Source: Cyanidioschyzon merolae (Eukaryota). From it: DNA of 64,000 nt. Position numbers and translations under genes: made by a program. Positions 1 to 9,829 of the stretch are shown here, piece by piece. A model generated the notes under the pieces. The model did not search any database and was not told the origin of the DNA. It saw only the letters and a list, made by a program, of their open reading frames with translations. Location of the stretch: assembly GCA_000091205.1 (NCBI GenBank), contig AP006499.2. One strand, given 5' to 3'. The stretch's first letter is position 1; each line of letters opens with the position of its first letter.

Positions 1-919
1 TTGGTATCGCTGCTTCATCGTGCTCCGCTTGAGCGAGCAGATCCGCAGCAACCAGCTCAGCGTTGGCGAAGGCATCTGCAACGACAATTGCCTCGGTTGG
101 TCCATAGATTCCATCGATGTCACAGATCCCGTACACCTCTCGTTTCGCCAAAGTGACGTACAGGTTGCCAGGTCCAACGATTTTGTCGACACGGGGTAAA
201 GTCTGTGTGCCATACGCCATAGCCCCGATAGCTTGTGCGCCGCCCAGACGAAAGACCTGGAACGAAAGCGCCTCATCACGCTTCGTGAGAGCATGACGAT
301 GACGCTCCTCGAGCATTTGCTTGCAGAGGGCGCACGCAGCGAGCGTTACGGGGCTAATGTCATTGCTTTCGCGGGAAGGCGGCGAGGTCACCACGAAACG
401 TCGACACCCCGCCACAATGGCGGGAATCATCGTCATCAGCGCTGTGCTAGGGAGCGCTGCGTTACCTCCGGGAACGTAGAAACCAACAGCTTGAAGAGGT
501 CGCACCAGCTGCCCTACTTGGCCCCCGAGTTTCGTCGTAAACCAGGAGTTGACGGGCTGCTCTTCATGGAACGCTGCGATACGTCGTGCTGCAATGTGCA
601 ACGCCTCATATAGGGACGGTTCGGTCTTTTCCAAACTGCATAGGGCGTGATCCAGCTCCGCCGCAGGTACCTCAAGCGCTTTGGGTGAGTCCACGACAAC
701 TCCGTCTAGCCGCGCGGTCCAGTCCAGGAGTGCGATGTCACCTTGCGTGCGTACGGATTCTAGGATTCGCTGCACTGCCTCCCGGGGGGAAAGTGCCTCA
801 CCGAAGATTTTCAGGATTCTTTCCTGTTGCAGTGCGCTTACTTGATTGAGATCGAGCGGCTTCCGTTGAAGAATGGAGCCAAGAGCCTCCTCCGCAGTAT
901 AGATAGGCACGGGAACCAT
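1..919 (-). CDS. hisD: Histidinol dehydrogenase, N-terminal ~306 codons; the gene continues beyond the window start
   Basis: Manual minus-strand translation from the ATG at 919..917, which is preceded by an in-frame TAG, reads MVPVPIYTAEEALGS...LVRPLQAVGFYVPGGNAALPSTALMTMIPAIVAG...AIGAMAYGTQTLPRVDKIVGPGNLYVTLAKREVYG...LLAQAEHDEAAIP with no stop down to position 1. These are the conserved HisD blocks. It is absent from the ORF track only because it runs off the edge. Confidence 0.85.
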   Translation of the reverse strand, partial: MVPVPIYTAEEALGSILQRKPLDLNQVSALQQERILKIFGEALSPREAVQRILESVRTQGDIALLDWTARLDGVVVDSPKALEVPAAELDHALCSLEKTEPSLYEALHIAARRIAAFHEEQPVNSWFTTKLGGQVGQLVRPLQAVGFYVPGGNAALPSTALMTMIPAIVAGCRRFVVTSPPSRESNDISPVTLAACALCKQMLEERHRHALTKRDEALSFQVFRLGGAQAIGAMAYGTQTLPRVDKIVGPGNLYVTLAKREVYGICDIDGIYGPTEAIVVADAFANAELVAADLLAQAEHDEAAIP

Positions 920-1289
920 TTCCGGTGCAGGTTCCCAGACCTAACCGCCGACGCCCAGTGCTGCGTTTTCCCCCGCTAGTCAAAACCTAAGGTTTGCAGG
1001 CGTGTCTGCGAGTTTTTTGTCGAACTTCACCCCGCACCCGCGAGACTTGAACACAGAACAGGACGAGTGACTCTGGCGGTGGCGAGTAGTGCCTCGTGCT
1101 GCACTCGTGCTCACGCGCTCCGGGTTTCCAGGCAGGCGCGTATCCAGGCCCTACGGCGGTTAATGCTGGAAGCGCACGCTCCACGGGCGTTGTGCGCTCA
1201 CGCTTTGTCGGGTGAACGAGCAGCGCAGTACTCGTCCCTGGTTCGCAACGCTATGTGTCTACCGCTGTCACCTACACGGTTTTTAGTGA

Positions 1290-1740
1290 TGTAGAACTGA
1301 CAGGTAGAAACCGAGGCCCTTGGATACGCGATTGCTGTGTATCGGGAGAACAACAGCTCCACATTGATTGCGCTGCACACCGAACAGCGCCGCCGATTTT
1401 TTTCATTGACAAAACGTGTACTTGTGCCAGCGTTCTCCGATTATGCGGGTTCTCCTTTCTTTTTTGTGTGTTTTCTTTCAGTGCGCGGCGACGTATCCAC
1501 CAACCCCCTACCTCCAAGTTACATACCCTTTACTGATTCCAGGATATTCTGGTCGTTTCATACGTCCCATCGCGTGTGCCTCGTACCTGCCGTTCCGTAT
1601 TCGCCTTTGCGCTTGAACGCTGGAGCAGATAGTTCATGGAGCTGGAACAGCTTTTCTACACCACAGAGGGCGTCGGCTCGAGGCGTGCTTCACCCGACGT
1701 AGAATCGGATCTCGTCGTCAGTTTGTGCTCGGACAGTCTG
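1290..1740 (+). repeat. Dispersed ~450-bp repeat family X, copy 1 (second copy at 56270..56740, same orientation, ~75-80% identity)
   Basis: Direct comparison of the two stretches: ttcattgacaaaacg..cagcgttctcc....ccctacctccaagttacat..ggtcgtttcatacgtcc.atcg.gtgtgcctcgt/ggtgcctgcc..gagggcgtcggctcgag are shared. The spurious ORFs 1337..1702 and 56417..56890 translate the same conserved stretch (PLPPSY..SRIFRSFHTS.RVCLVPA). Confidence 0.6.
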
Positions 1741-1827
1741 CGGATGCAGGCTTGTCTTCGCTGCACGACACGCTGGAGAAACTTGGTTGTTAGGATATAT
1801 CGTGGAAGCCGCCTCTCTCCTTTGTGA

Positions 1828-4740
1828 TCATGCATGGAATGCGTTGTTGTCGGTTGGCAATGCGGGTTTGTGCTTGACACCCACCACAGTGGGTAGGCGC
1901 AAAGAGCGCACTGAGCCCATGTGCGCATCCGATTCGCTGGACCTTCCGCCTAGAAGGTAGCATGTGAGTTTGTTCGCCACTAATGAGCGCTGAGGCTCGG
2001 TTAGCGGACCATCAGTTGCCAGTGCTACACTCAGGGTGAGTGTCCGGCCTTTTGCTATCACGGTGATGTCCAGCTGCTGCTGTCCTTCAAGGAGCTCGCT
2101 GCGCTCCTGCTTCGAGCGCGGGCACTGTAAGCCCAAATATGTCAGCGTCTCGGGGGTCTGGTCTCCAGAGCAGGGACAGTGTGACTCCCAGTGCGACTCC
2201 AGTGTTCCTATACGGCTTAGAGCCGGTGCTGGTAGCCAGATGCCACCAACGCGGATTTTGGCGAGCCACTGGGTACCTCGAGCAAGTCCCGGGAATTCCA
2301 GCGCCTCCCACCAGTACTTGCACGTGTTTGCTAGGTTGTAGTTCCGGTATACAGTCAAGCCGGCGTTAAGGGCGCGATTTGTTCCGTGTCTACGTTCCCA
2401 TATTGTTTGGACCGTTCGCTTGAGGCGGCGGGAGCCTTGTACATTTCTGGGGAACGATTGGAGCGCATTTTCGCCTAAGAGGCGCTTCAGCCAAATCTGC
2501 GCTGATTTCATCCAAGTGTTCTAGCGGTGCGTTGGGGTCTGCATGAAAATCCGACTCAAAGAGGTGCGCATAGTGGGCCCTTTGGCCCGTATACATGCCC
2601 GGCAGCCTGCTGCTATCGCTTCTGTCGAGGCTATTTGGAGTTCAAGTCCGAGTGCCAGCGCGGTGGTTGCTCTGCTCTGCACTGAGCATCCAACAACAAC
2701 GAGTCGCATTGCCCTGTTGGCGGCTGTCTGCGGACGCGAGGCATTTGTGTGCTTCATGCCGCACCACCCAGCACCCCAGGTCGTAGGCTGGATGATACAC
2801 ATCCTTAGTGCCCTCGTACGGATTGCTAAGGGGATAGAGGGGTCGGATAGGACTGGGCGTGCGATCGCTGTACGTCTACGCATCTTGGCGATCATCTCGT
2901 TAACGTGTGCCTTTTCGTCGAGCGTCAGCATGCGACAGACCCTGCAGATAGCGATATTTTTCCCCGATCGGACTTTCCTGATTCTGCAACCGCCACGAGC
3001 GATTGCGAATGCTCTGCGAGTCTCCATGGATGACCATGACGCCGCACTTCGATGCTCCTACGTTCATCTTCCAGCGATCGACCCAGGCGCTGACTTGTTC
3101 CATGCTACCCGCAAGCGTTTCCGGGGCGGGTGCCAACAACACGACATCGTCCGCGAATAGAAGGCCTGCGAGGCGGTTCCTATGCGAGGGCTCTTTACCG
3201 GGCTCTCCGCAGTCTATCCACGGCACCTCAAGTCCGTATTGTCTGCAGTTGTTCAGCGGATCGTTGATGAAGATGTTGAAAAGGAGCGGGGATGCGGGGT
3301 CGCCCTTTTGTAGTCCACGGCGGATTCTTATACAAGGGGTTCTTGAGCTGTCGCCCAGTCGGATGCGCATCCATGAGTCTGCATAGAGCGCACGGAAGAA
3401 CGCTAAGCACTTTCCGGAGACTACGGCACGTTCCATCTTCAAAAATAGAACCTCGTGCGGGACCGTGTCAAAGACCTTTTGGAAGTCGGTGAAGCATACG
3501 TAAGTTGGTTGTCGGTCACGAATAAAGCGACGTTGCGCCACTTCAATGAGGGTCAGGGCATGGCTCATGTACTCCTCGCGGCTCCGGAATCCAGCCTGCC
3601 CTGGGGCGAAGAACTTGCGTTGCTCGAGGCCCCTCTGAGTCCGGTTCGTGGGAATGGCGCAAAGTAGCTTTATGATTGACGGGATGAGGCGCATAGTCCG
3701 GTAGTTGTTCATGTCTGTGTGGGAGTCTTTTTTGAGGATCGGTACGACTTCGGCAGTCCTCCATACATCCGGGATGTACGTTTCTTCGAACATGCCTTGG
3801 ATGAGCTCCACAAGGCGTTTGCCTAAGCTTGTGTCAGGTTCATCTGGTATCGATGGTGTCCCTGTTGTCCCGTCTTTTGGGGTCGTCAGTTTCATCCACT
3901 CCGCAGGGATACCGTCGATGCTAGGTGTTTTGCGGTTGCATGACCTTAAGAGGGTCCGAACAGATTCAGGCCAGAAGATTGGCTCGTTCCATTCCGGTAC
4001 CGGGTCGAGGCGCGGTAGTTCTGCGGCATACTGGTGCCAATAGATTCGGTTTTGGCAGTGCCCAGTTGCGTCTTCATGTAATTCTGTGCCGTGGTCCGTC
4101 CAGGCCTCATTCACTGAGGCACCCTCCGTCCTCAGCGCTTCCTTATAAACGATTGGTGTGAGCCCCAGACACTTTTTTGGTGGGTCAAGTCTCGATCGGA
4201 TATAGCGCTAGGTCTCATCTTCGTTGGTGCTCTCGAGCATAGATTTCGCCAGGGAGGCGATTTTGCGGTTTCGATCCTCCTGTTTGTCTTCTCTGGAAAG
4301 TTTCTTCTTTCTTTTGATAGCTTCCTCATGTTGCGCCTGTAGCGCCGGTAGCGCTGCCTTCGCTTCCTTGTCTCCGGCGTTGGCGCGTATGGCGGTGCGT
4401 TTGACGATCTTATAGAGTCGGTGGCATTCATCAATCCGAGTTTTGGTACATCGTTTCAGGTACTGCGGTTTGCAACTGTTGCGTTCTGGTGCAAGCCGTC
4501 CCGGTTGGTCTAATGATTTGCATGCACGGCTTTTCGGTTCTTCAGCGCTGTGGGTAGGTGACTGAGTTGGGTGACGGCTTTCTTGAGTTCCTGCAGGGGT
4601 GCCCTTTCGGGGGATGACTTGTGATGGGCTCGTTTCGGAGTTCTTCTTTCTAGTCTTCTGTTTTTTCTCGTTGGGCTTCTTCTTCTTCGGGCGCTTTCCT
4701 GAGCTGCTTTCTCTGGATATTTTGCATCTAGGTGGATCAT
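1828..4740 (-). mobile_element. Degenerate non-LTR (LINE-like) retrotransposon: basic ORF1-like peptides, RT ORF, and downstream Cys/His-containing segments split over three reading frames
   Basis: Minus strand, 5' to 3': arginine-rich peptides (ORFs 4510..4740, 4132..4434); the RT ORF 2900..4114; then ORF 2521..3027 (overlaps the RT ORF end in another frame, contains CRVCRML...H) and ORF 1828..2511 (HCPCSGD...C) in a third frame. No AP-endonuclease-sized ORF lies upstream of the RT. Confidence 0.7.
2900..4114 (-). pseudogene. Reverse transcriptase domain of the non-LTR retrotransposon; the frame is broken at both ends
   Basis: Canonical RT blocks in order: SIDGIPAEWMK, NYRTMRLIPSIIKLL, QAGFRSRE, VCFTDFQKVFDTVPHE, LQKGDPASPLLFNIFIND, LLFADDVVLLA (FADD box). 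The continuation requires frameshifts into ORFs 2521..3027 and 1828..2511. Confidence 0.8.
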
Positions 4741-5026
4741 GAGGTTTCTGTGCCTCCTTCTCCGTATCTGGTTGGGTCTCTTTCGCTATTGTAGAGTCCT
4801 CTATTGGTGTCTCTTCTTCGTTAATGTACTGATATTTCGTTAGCTTTTCTCGGAAGGCTGCAAGTGACCTGTTGGTTACTCTCCGGGCTTGGTGGTATGA
4901 AGCGATGCACTGCGTTGCACCGGCGCGCCGCTGCTACCCAGAGGCCGCGCCCTCGACCAGCGTCGCCGCCAAACCGTGCGCGCCCTATCTTGTACTTCGA
5001 GTCGGTTTCATCGTTCTTGTCGAAAA

Positions 5027-5523
5027 TGGCAGACGACGATGCTACTTTCGAGCAGGTATTACGCATGTACGGCAGCAAAACACCAAAATCACAAAAGATG
5101 CTCGCGTTTGTAGACTCCTTGATCCTTTTTCTCGTACCGCTGCTCGCGTACTGCGGGTTTCTGTTCCAGGTGGACGGACGCGATCCACTAATACTGGGAA
5201 CGCTGCTCACCAGTGCGTTGATTGTTATTCCGCTGCTATGGGTTTCTCACATTCGGTATGCACGTGCTAAGCTTGTGCAGCTCCAACGCACTGCAGCCGC
5301 GCCCCAGTCGGACGAAAAGCGTCTGGTACAAGTTGCCATGCTGCGGGCACTCGCTAGCAACAACATCTGGTACTTGGGACTCGTCGCGCTCTGCTGCGGT
5401 CACATTTTTAACGGGCGCTTCTTCGATGCGCTGAACTTTGGCATATCATCGTTGCTGGGAGCGTCGTTTCTTCTGGTAAACGCCTCTGCAGCAATGCAAG
5501 TTGCTCGCGAGAAACGTGCGTAG
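5027..5523 (+). CDS. Small four-helix membrane protein; topology resembles TRAP-gamma/SSR3 (tentative). An in-frame upstream ATG at 4897 would add an Arg/Pro/Ala-rich extension
   Basis: ORF 4864..5523 uses a GTG start. The ATG at 5027 gives MADDDATFEQV..., followed by four hydrophobic segments (LAFVDSLILFLVPLLAYCGFLF, ILGTLLTSALIVIPLLWV, IWYLGLVALCCGHIF, ISSLLGASFLLV) with a charged loop between helices 2 and 3. Confidence 0.4.
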
Positions 5524-5801
5524 GAGCCGCTGAAGCACTTCCGTTCGACTCTGGAAACAAGGCGAATCGCGCGTGTACCAGTTTTACATATGGAAAATCT
5601 CGCAGTTCATTCGTTCATTCAACAGATGCAGCCATTCGAGGATGATGCGTCCCGCTGCCGCGCTGAACACGCAGCCAGCAACAGCCAGCCTTTGGCGAAC
5701 GCACAAAAGAAAAAGCACGAGAGCACCCCAGACTTAACAGGATGCATTGAATGCAACGGATAGGTCTTGTATTTGGACGACGGATGTGCATGTCGCGGAA
5801 G

Positions 5802-6533
5802 CTATCGAGTAATGCCATGCGAGAGGTCCACGAGGCCGCGATTGGGCTCCAAGCCTTTGGCCTTTAGCAATTCCAGAACCTTGGGCAGGGAGTCTCGTTG
5901 GCGCTTTCTATGGAGCTGACTCGCAACAGCGGTAAAGTGCGACGGTCGCAGACAGCTCGGTGGACTCTCCTCCAAAGCTCTCAAGGCGACTGCGGGGGCC
6001 TCTAGCTGACACGCTCGTCGCACGAAGTCTGAAACAAGAACCGAGTTCAGCAGCTTGGCGTTACAAAGCGCTTCCCAGAGCTGCGCAAGCGCCTCGGCGT
6101 CTTGCAACTTCGCAACCGTATAGCGGAGTGCTTGCGTGGCGATCAAGTTCTTGCAACCGAACTGTTCGGGGTTTTGTACAAGTTCTAAAATGCGATCGAA
6201 ACGTCCAGCGCGCAGGCAAGCACGCACGTATAGGCTCCAGGTATACTTGCTTAGCGGGATAAAGCGCCGGTGAAACTCCTTCTGTAAACGCGTGGCAGTG
6301 TCCAGGTCCTCTGAGTTTTCAACTTTTCGCAGAATCTCGCGAAAGACCTTTCTCCCAGGAGCTTGATCAGCAACCAGGCTTCTTTGTGCACGCTGAACTA
6401 GCTCAACCAGACTTCCCATGCAAGCTCTAGGTATATTTGGGTGCTGCAGGGTGCCAACAGCCAACTTTGCAACCAGTGCTCGGGGCAAGGCACTGGAACG
6501 GAGCGGGGGGCGCCCAGGGTGCCGCGGACGCAT
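5802..6533 (-). CDS. Hypothetical alpha-helical protein (possible helical-repeat organellar protein)
   Basis: 243-codon ORF starting at an ATG. Leu/Ala-rich with helical-repeat character (LYVRACLRAGRFDRILELV..., LAQLWEALCNAKLL...). No recognisable catalytic motif. Confidence 0.35.
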   Translation of the reverse strand: MRPRHPGRPPLRSSALPRALVAKLAVGTLQHPNIPRACMGSLVELVQRAQRSLVADQAPGRKVFREILRKVENSEDLDTATRLQKEFHRRFIPLSKYTWSLYVRACLRAGRFDRILELVQNPEQFGCKNLIATQALRYTVAKLQDAEALAQLWEALCNAKLLNSVLVSDFVRRACQLEAPAVALRALEESPPSCLRPSHFTAVASQLHRKRQRDSLPKVLELLKAKGLEPNRGLVDLSHGITR

Positions 6534-6849
6534 TCGGCGTCGTCAGCGCCACCGCCGAGAATGCAGGGCATGTGGGCATTACGCTCTTGCGGCGTGTGGC
6601 GTTGTGCTTCAGGAAACGAGGACTGGGTACAGAGAACGGGGCGGGGAGCAGGGTTGCAGGGTAAGCAAAGGCATCTTGTGGCTGTTTCTGTGCGGGCTTA
6701 CGTCGGACAGTCGCCGCAAGCCAGCCGAGACGCGAGACCTTGCGGTAAAACGGCCACAGCTGCTGCCTCTGCAGCAAGCCGCGCGATCCCACGGAGTAAG
6801 ACGAACGCCTGCGACCGTGGACGCTACTAGCGCCATTAAGGTTTCCAGT

Positions 6850-6990
6850 CCGTGCTGGTGACCTATGTATAGTGTGTCGTAGACGCCAGGGTAGATGCTG
6901 CTGCGTTCTGGAGCGCCCATGCCGTGCTGGCAACCTATAAATCGCATTTCGTGGACGCCGAGGTAGATGCTGCTGCGTTCCTCTGCCAGC
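6850..6990. repeat. Tandem duplication of a ~71-bp unit (2 copies)
   Basis: ccgtgctggtgacctatgtatagtgtgtcgtagacgccagggtagatgctgctgcgttc is followed by ccgtgctggcaacctataaatcgcatttcgtggacgccgaggtagatgctgctgcgttc. It is also visible as a repeated ERSSIY.GV...IG.QHG in ORF 6609..7004. Confidence 0.6.
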
Positions 6991-8178
6991 CTTTTTTCGA
7001 ACAAAGCAGCGACTGCATGAAGCGCTTCACGGTCTCAAAACCGCTTCAAGTAGCAGCCTTGGAAGCGACCGACTTGTCTTCTTGTTTTCCAGCGCATCAA
7101 GACATACACGTGCACGAAGGACAAGCCAGGAACGCACCGTAGCCCCATGGTACTGGCAGCCTCGTAATCAAGCCGCTCCCGCATGCAACCAGAGCGCGCT
7201 GCAAGTGATGAAAGCTTTACGATACTCAGCTCACCCCGAGTATTGCATACAGTGAAGACCGTATGTGACAAGCATATGTCTGATGCAGGTGCGCGAATAG
7301 TTGTTCAGGGCTGAGCCACTCCAACCATGTAAGCGACATAGAGTCTATGACCCTTGTCCGGACAGCGCGTCTCCGTATGCATCTGTTACGATGATGCTCA
7401 TGACGTACTGCCATCAGTCCAGGTTCCTGGTTGGACCGCAGCCGGCACCGTGCCGCCTGTGCGCTGCTGGACTCGTCTGAGCCCTTGCTAGAATGATCGG
7501 TTCAACGTTCGTGGCGGGCGCTTGCATGCCGTATGCCTCTCTCAAAAAAGAGACCCGCCTGGAGAACCCGGGGGCGCCTCCATTTGGTCAGCTCGAAGGG
7601 TCGATACGCCTAAACTGGCTCATTTGGATACACGAACGCCGTCGTTCCCTGGTACCGCGATTCTCATCACTTGTTCCGCCGACGCCTGGCGACGCCGAAG
7701 ATCCGAACGAGTGGAGCGCACCCGCGCTCCACCAGCGAAATTCCTCAAGTGTCACGAGAAGCCTACAAAACAAGCTCGACGTCTGGTAGTCGCCTCGTGT
7801 CGTCGGAATGAGCTCCAACAGCGGAATCCCGCGACTATCGCGAGGATCTTCCGCTTCAGGCTCGCCATCGAGCCATAGACCCCTGTCATTGCATCCAGCA
7901 AGCCTCTATCGCCGACTGGATGATAATGCGCGGGCTCATGGAAAGCGGAAGCGTCCAGAGCGGCATCATGGTCGCTTGACCGGCCACCGACAGATATCAC
8001 GCGCATCCTAGGGGTCCTCGCTGGATTCATAGATCGTGCCGCATAAGGAGCGGTATTCCCGGTATGCTCGATTCCGAGACGCTCCTCTGAACGTGAAACA
8101 TTCACAGGCGTGTGTCGCACCGGGTGACAGCGTTTCTTTACGGGGAAAGCGGGATTCGACTCGGTTCACTGAACCACG

Positions 8179-9087
8179 CTAAGCGTTACAGGGCGGCGCT
8201 CTCCAGAATGCAATCGGTTGCTCTTTCCAGAAACGCCTATCTCCAATATCCGTAACGACGACACGCAGCATATAATGGACAGAGAAGAGACCACAAACAT
8301 CTTCATAGGTTGGTGTAAGGTCATCGAATTGTCTCAAGAAGATGCGGATCGGTAGCTTGCAGGCTGGTTTCGGTGAGCCAGCGAGTACCTGAAAACTCCC
8401 CACGAGCACAGATTGCATCGGCAACGAGAAACCGCTTTCCTGCCGCCGTATCTCGATATCCGCTCGGCGAATGGCGATATGGTTGTCTAGGAAAGTGAGT
8501 GAGCCAACGATGACGTCCTCAATGGAATACGCTCGGCGATCTAACTGTAGCTCCAGGTTCAGAATATCTTCGAGACCCGCGTTGAAGTGAATGGCGGGGA
8601 AGAACCTGGGGGCTCGCTGCGATAATCGAACTACAACTTCCACACCAGTACTCCGTGAAGATAGACCGGAATATCCGTGAAAACTCAACACCACTCGATA
8701 TACGCAGCGAACTCGTGTGCTCTCGTAGGTGTCGTGGACGAGTTCTGCGCACCGGAAAGCGAACGGCAAAGAAACGGCCGCGTGAGGCTCCAGCTTCACG
8801 GACTCCGGTTTAAAGCTCAGTGTGCGCGAAAACACCTCCCAGTCACGTTGAGAAATGCCATACCCAACCGAGACCAGCGCCACCAGCTTCACTGTCAGGA
8901 GCGTGCACGGAAGCGGAAACGTTACCCGAGAGCGCACCACCGCACAGCCCGTGATTTGATCGCCCGTCGTGTAGATAGCCCGATTCTTGGGGTCTCGGGA
9001 CCTGAACGATCCCTCATCTAGCGATATCTGGAGATCAACGCGGTTTTGCAACGCCCAGCGGTACCGCAAGTGACGAAACAAAGACAT
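8179..9087 (-). CDS. VPS26: Vps26-family (retromer, arrestin-fold) protein; a further in-frame ATG lies at 9168
   Basis: The C-terminal half aligns with the recalled Vps26 consensus: IEDVIVGSLTFLDNHIAIRRADIEIRRQE against LKDVIVGKIYFLLVRIKIQHMELQLIKKE, and IPIRIFLRQFDDLTPTYEDVCGLFSVHYMLRVVVTDIGDRRFWKEQPIAFWRAPP against IPIRLFLAGYDPTPTMRDVNKKFSVRYFLNLVLVDEEDRRYFKQQEIILWRKAPE. The start was chosen at MSLFRHL by analogy to the Vps26 N-terminus. Confidence 0.75.
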   Translation of the reverse strand: MSLFRHLRYRWALQNRVDLQISLDEGSFRSRDPKNRAIYTTGDQITGCAVVRSRVTFPLPCTLLTVKLVALVSVGYGISQRDWEVFSRTLSFKPESVKLEPHAAVSLPFAFRCAELVHDTYESTRVRCVYRVVLSFHGYSGLSSRSTGVEVVVRLSQRAPRFFPAIHFNAGLEDILNLELQLDRRAYSIEDVIVGSLTFLDNHIAIRRADIEIRRQESGFSLPMQSVLVGSFQVLAGSPKPACKLPIRIFLRQFDDLTPTYEDVCGLFSVHYMLRVVVTDIGDRRFWKEQPIAFWRAPPCNA

Positions 9088-9472
9088 GGTTGCCGCCTCT
9101 AGAGCCGAGACTCCCCGCGCGGACGCGAGCGTTGCATACGCACTGGTGTCCGCGGTTCCCCCACGCATACCGCACTAAGTTGGCGCGATCCACTCAAACT
9201 GACTCAGAAAACAGTCCGGACTCATGTTCCCAGATGCCACGCGCAGCGCTCACCACTGCTCAACAACAATCAATCGTTACGAATGCATCTGCACACCAGG
9301 GACTGTAGCACCAGCCTGCAGATCGCGCTCCCGAACGGCGACTGTGTCAGGCGGCAGCAATCGGGCATCCCGCCGATTCCTGCGCCAGGATGATCCCGCA
9401 GGCTCGTCGATGCCGTCGATCTTCCGCGCATCGTGTGCACCGCCGCTCGCGCGACGCCGCCGTCGCTGCGAT

Positions 9473-9509
<37 letters not shown>

Positions 9510-9511
9510 CG
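9473..9511. repeat. (ACGC)n microsatellite, ~10 units, in the Vps26/atpC divergent spacer
   Basis: gcgcacgcacgcacgcacgcacgcacgcacgcacgcacgg read directly. Confidence 0.9.
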
Positions 9512-9829
9512 GCGTTTGTAGACGGCGCTTCGGAACAAGGCGGTTTGTGAGCACTCCTTACATTCCCGACTCGGAGAGCAGCTTCGAAAAGAGCGGGGTT
9601 GGGAGCGGAACTCAAGTCGCACGAGTAAACGGGTGCTAAGGAGCGGTCCCGCATAACCGGTGAACGTCCCTGACGCTGAAATTGCGCACCAGCGACTGTT
9701 TTTCGGCAACCAAGTGCGCAGTTCAGTTGCGCTGTGCGTAACCTTTGGAGTCTGCTGGTTTGTACAAGCGAGATACTATATTTTGCACGAAGTGTGACAT
9801 ATTTTCTGGTCGCTCTTGAACCGATTAGA

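Noticed and set aside
233-849. Plus-strand ORFs 233..613 and 586..849
   Set aside because: They lie antisense to the well-supported minus-strand histidinol dehydrogenase reading frame. Their products are low-complexity with no motifs.
7950-7995. 13-nt exact match (ttgaccggccacc) to the Fanzor 3' motif of copy 1
   Set aside because: The match is isolated. It has no adjacent RDxNAAxNI coding relic or 5'-end homology, and the rest of the motif (GGGAGGCGTCT) matches only weakly. It is treated as chance or too-degraded.
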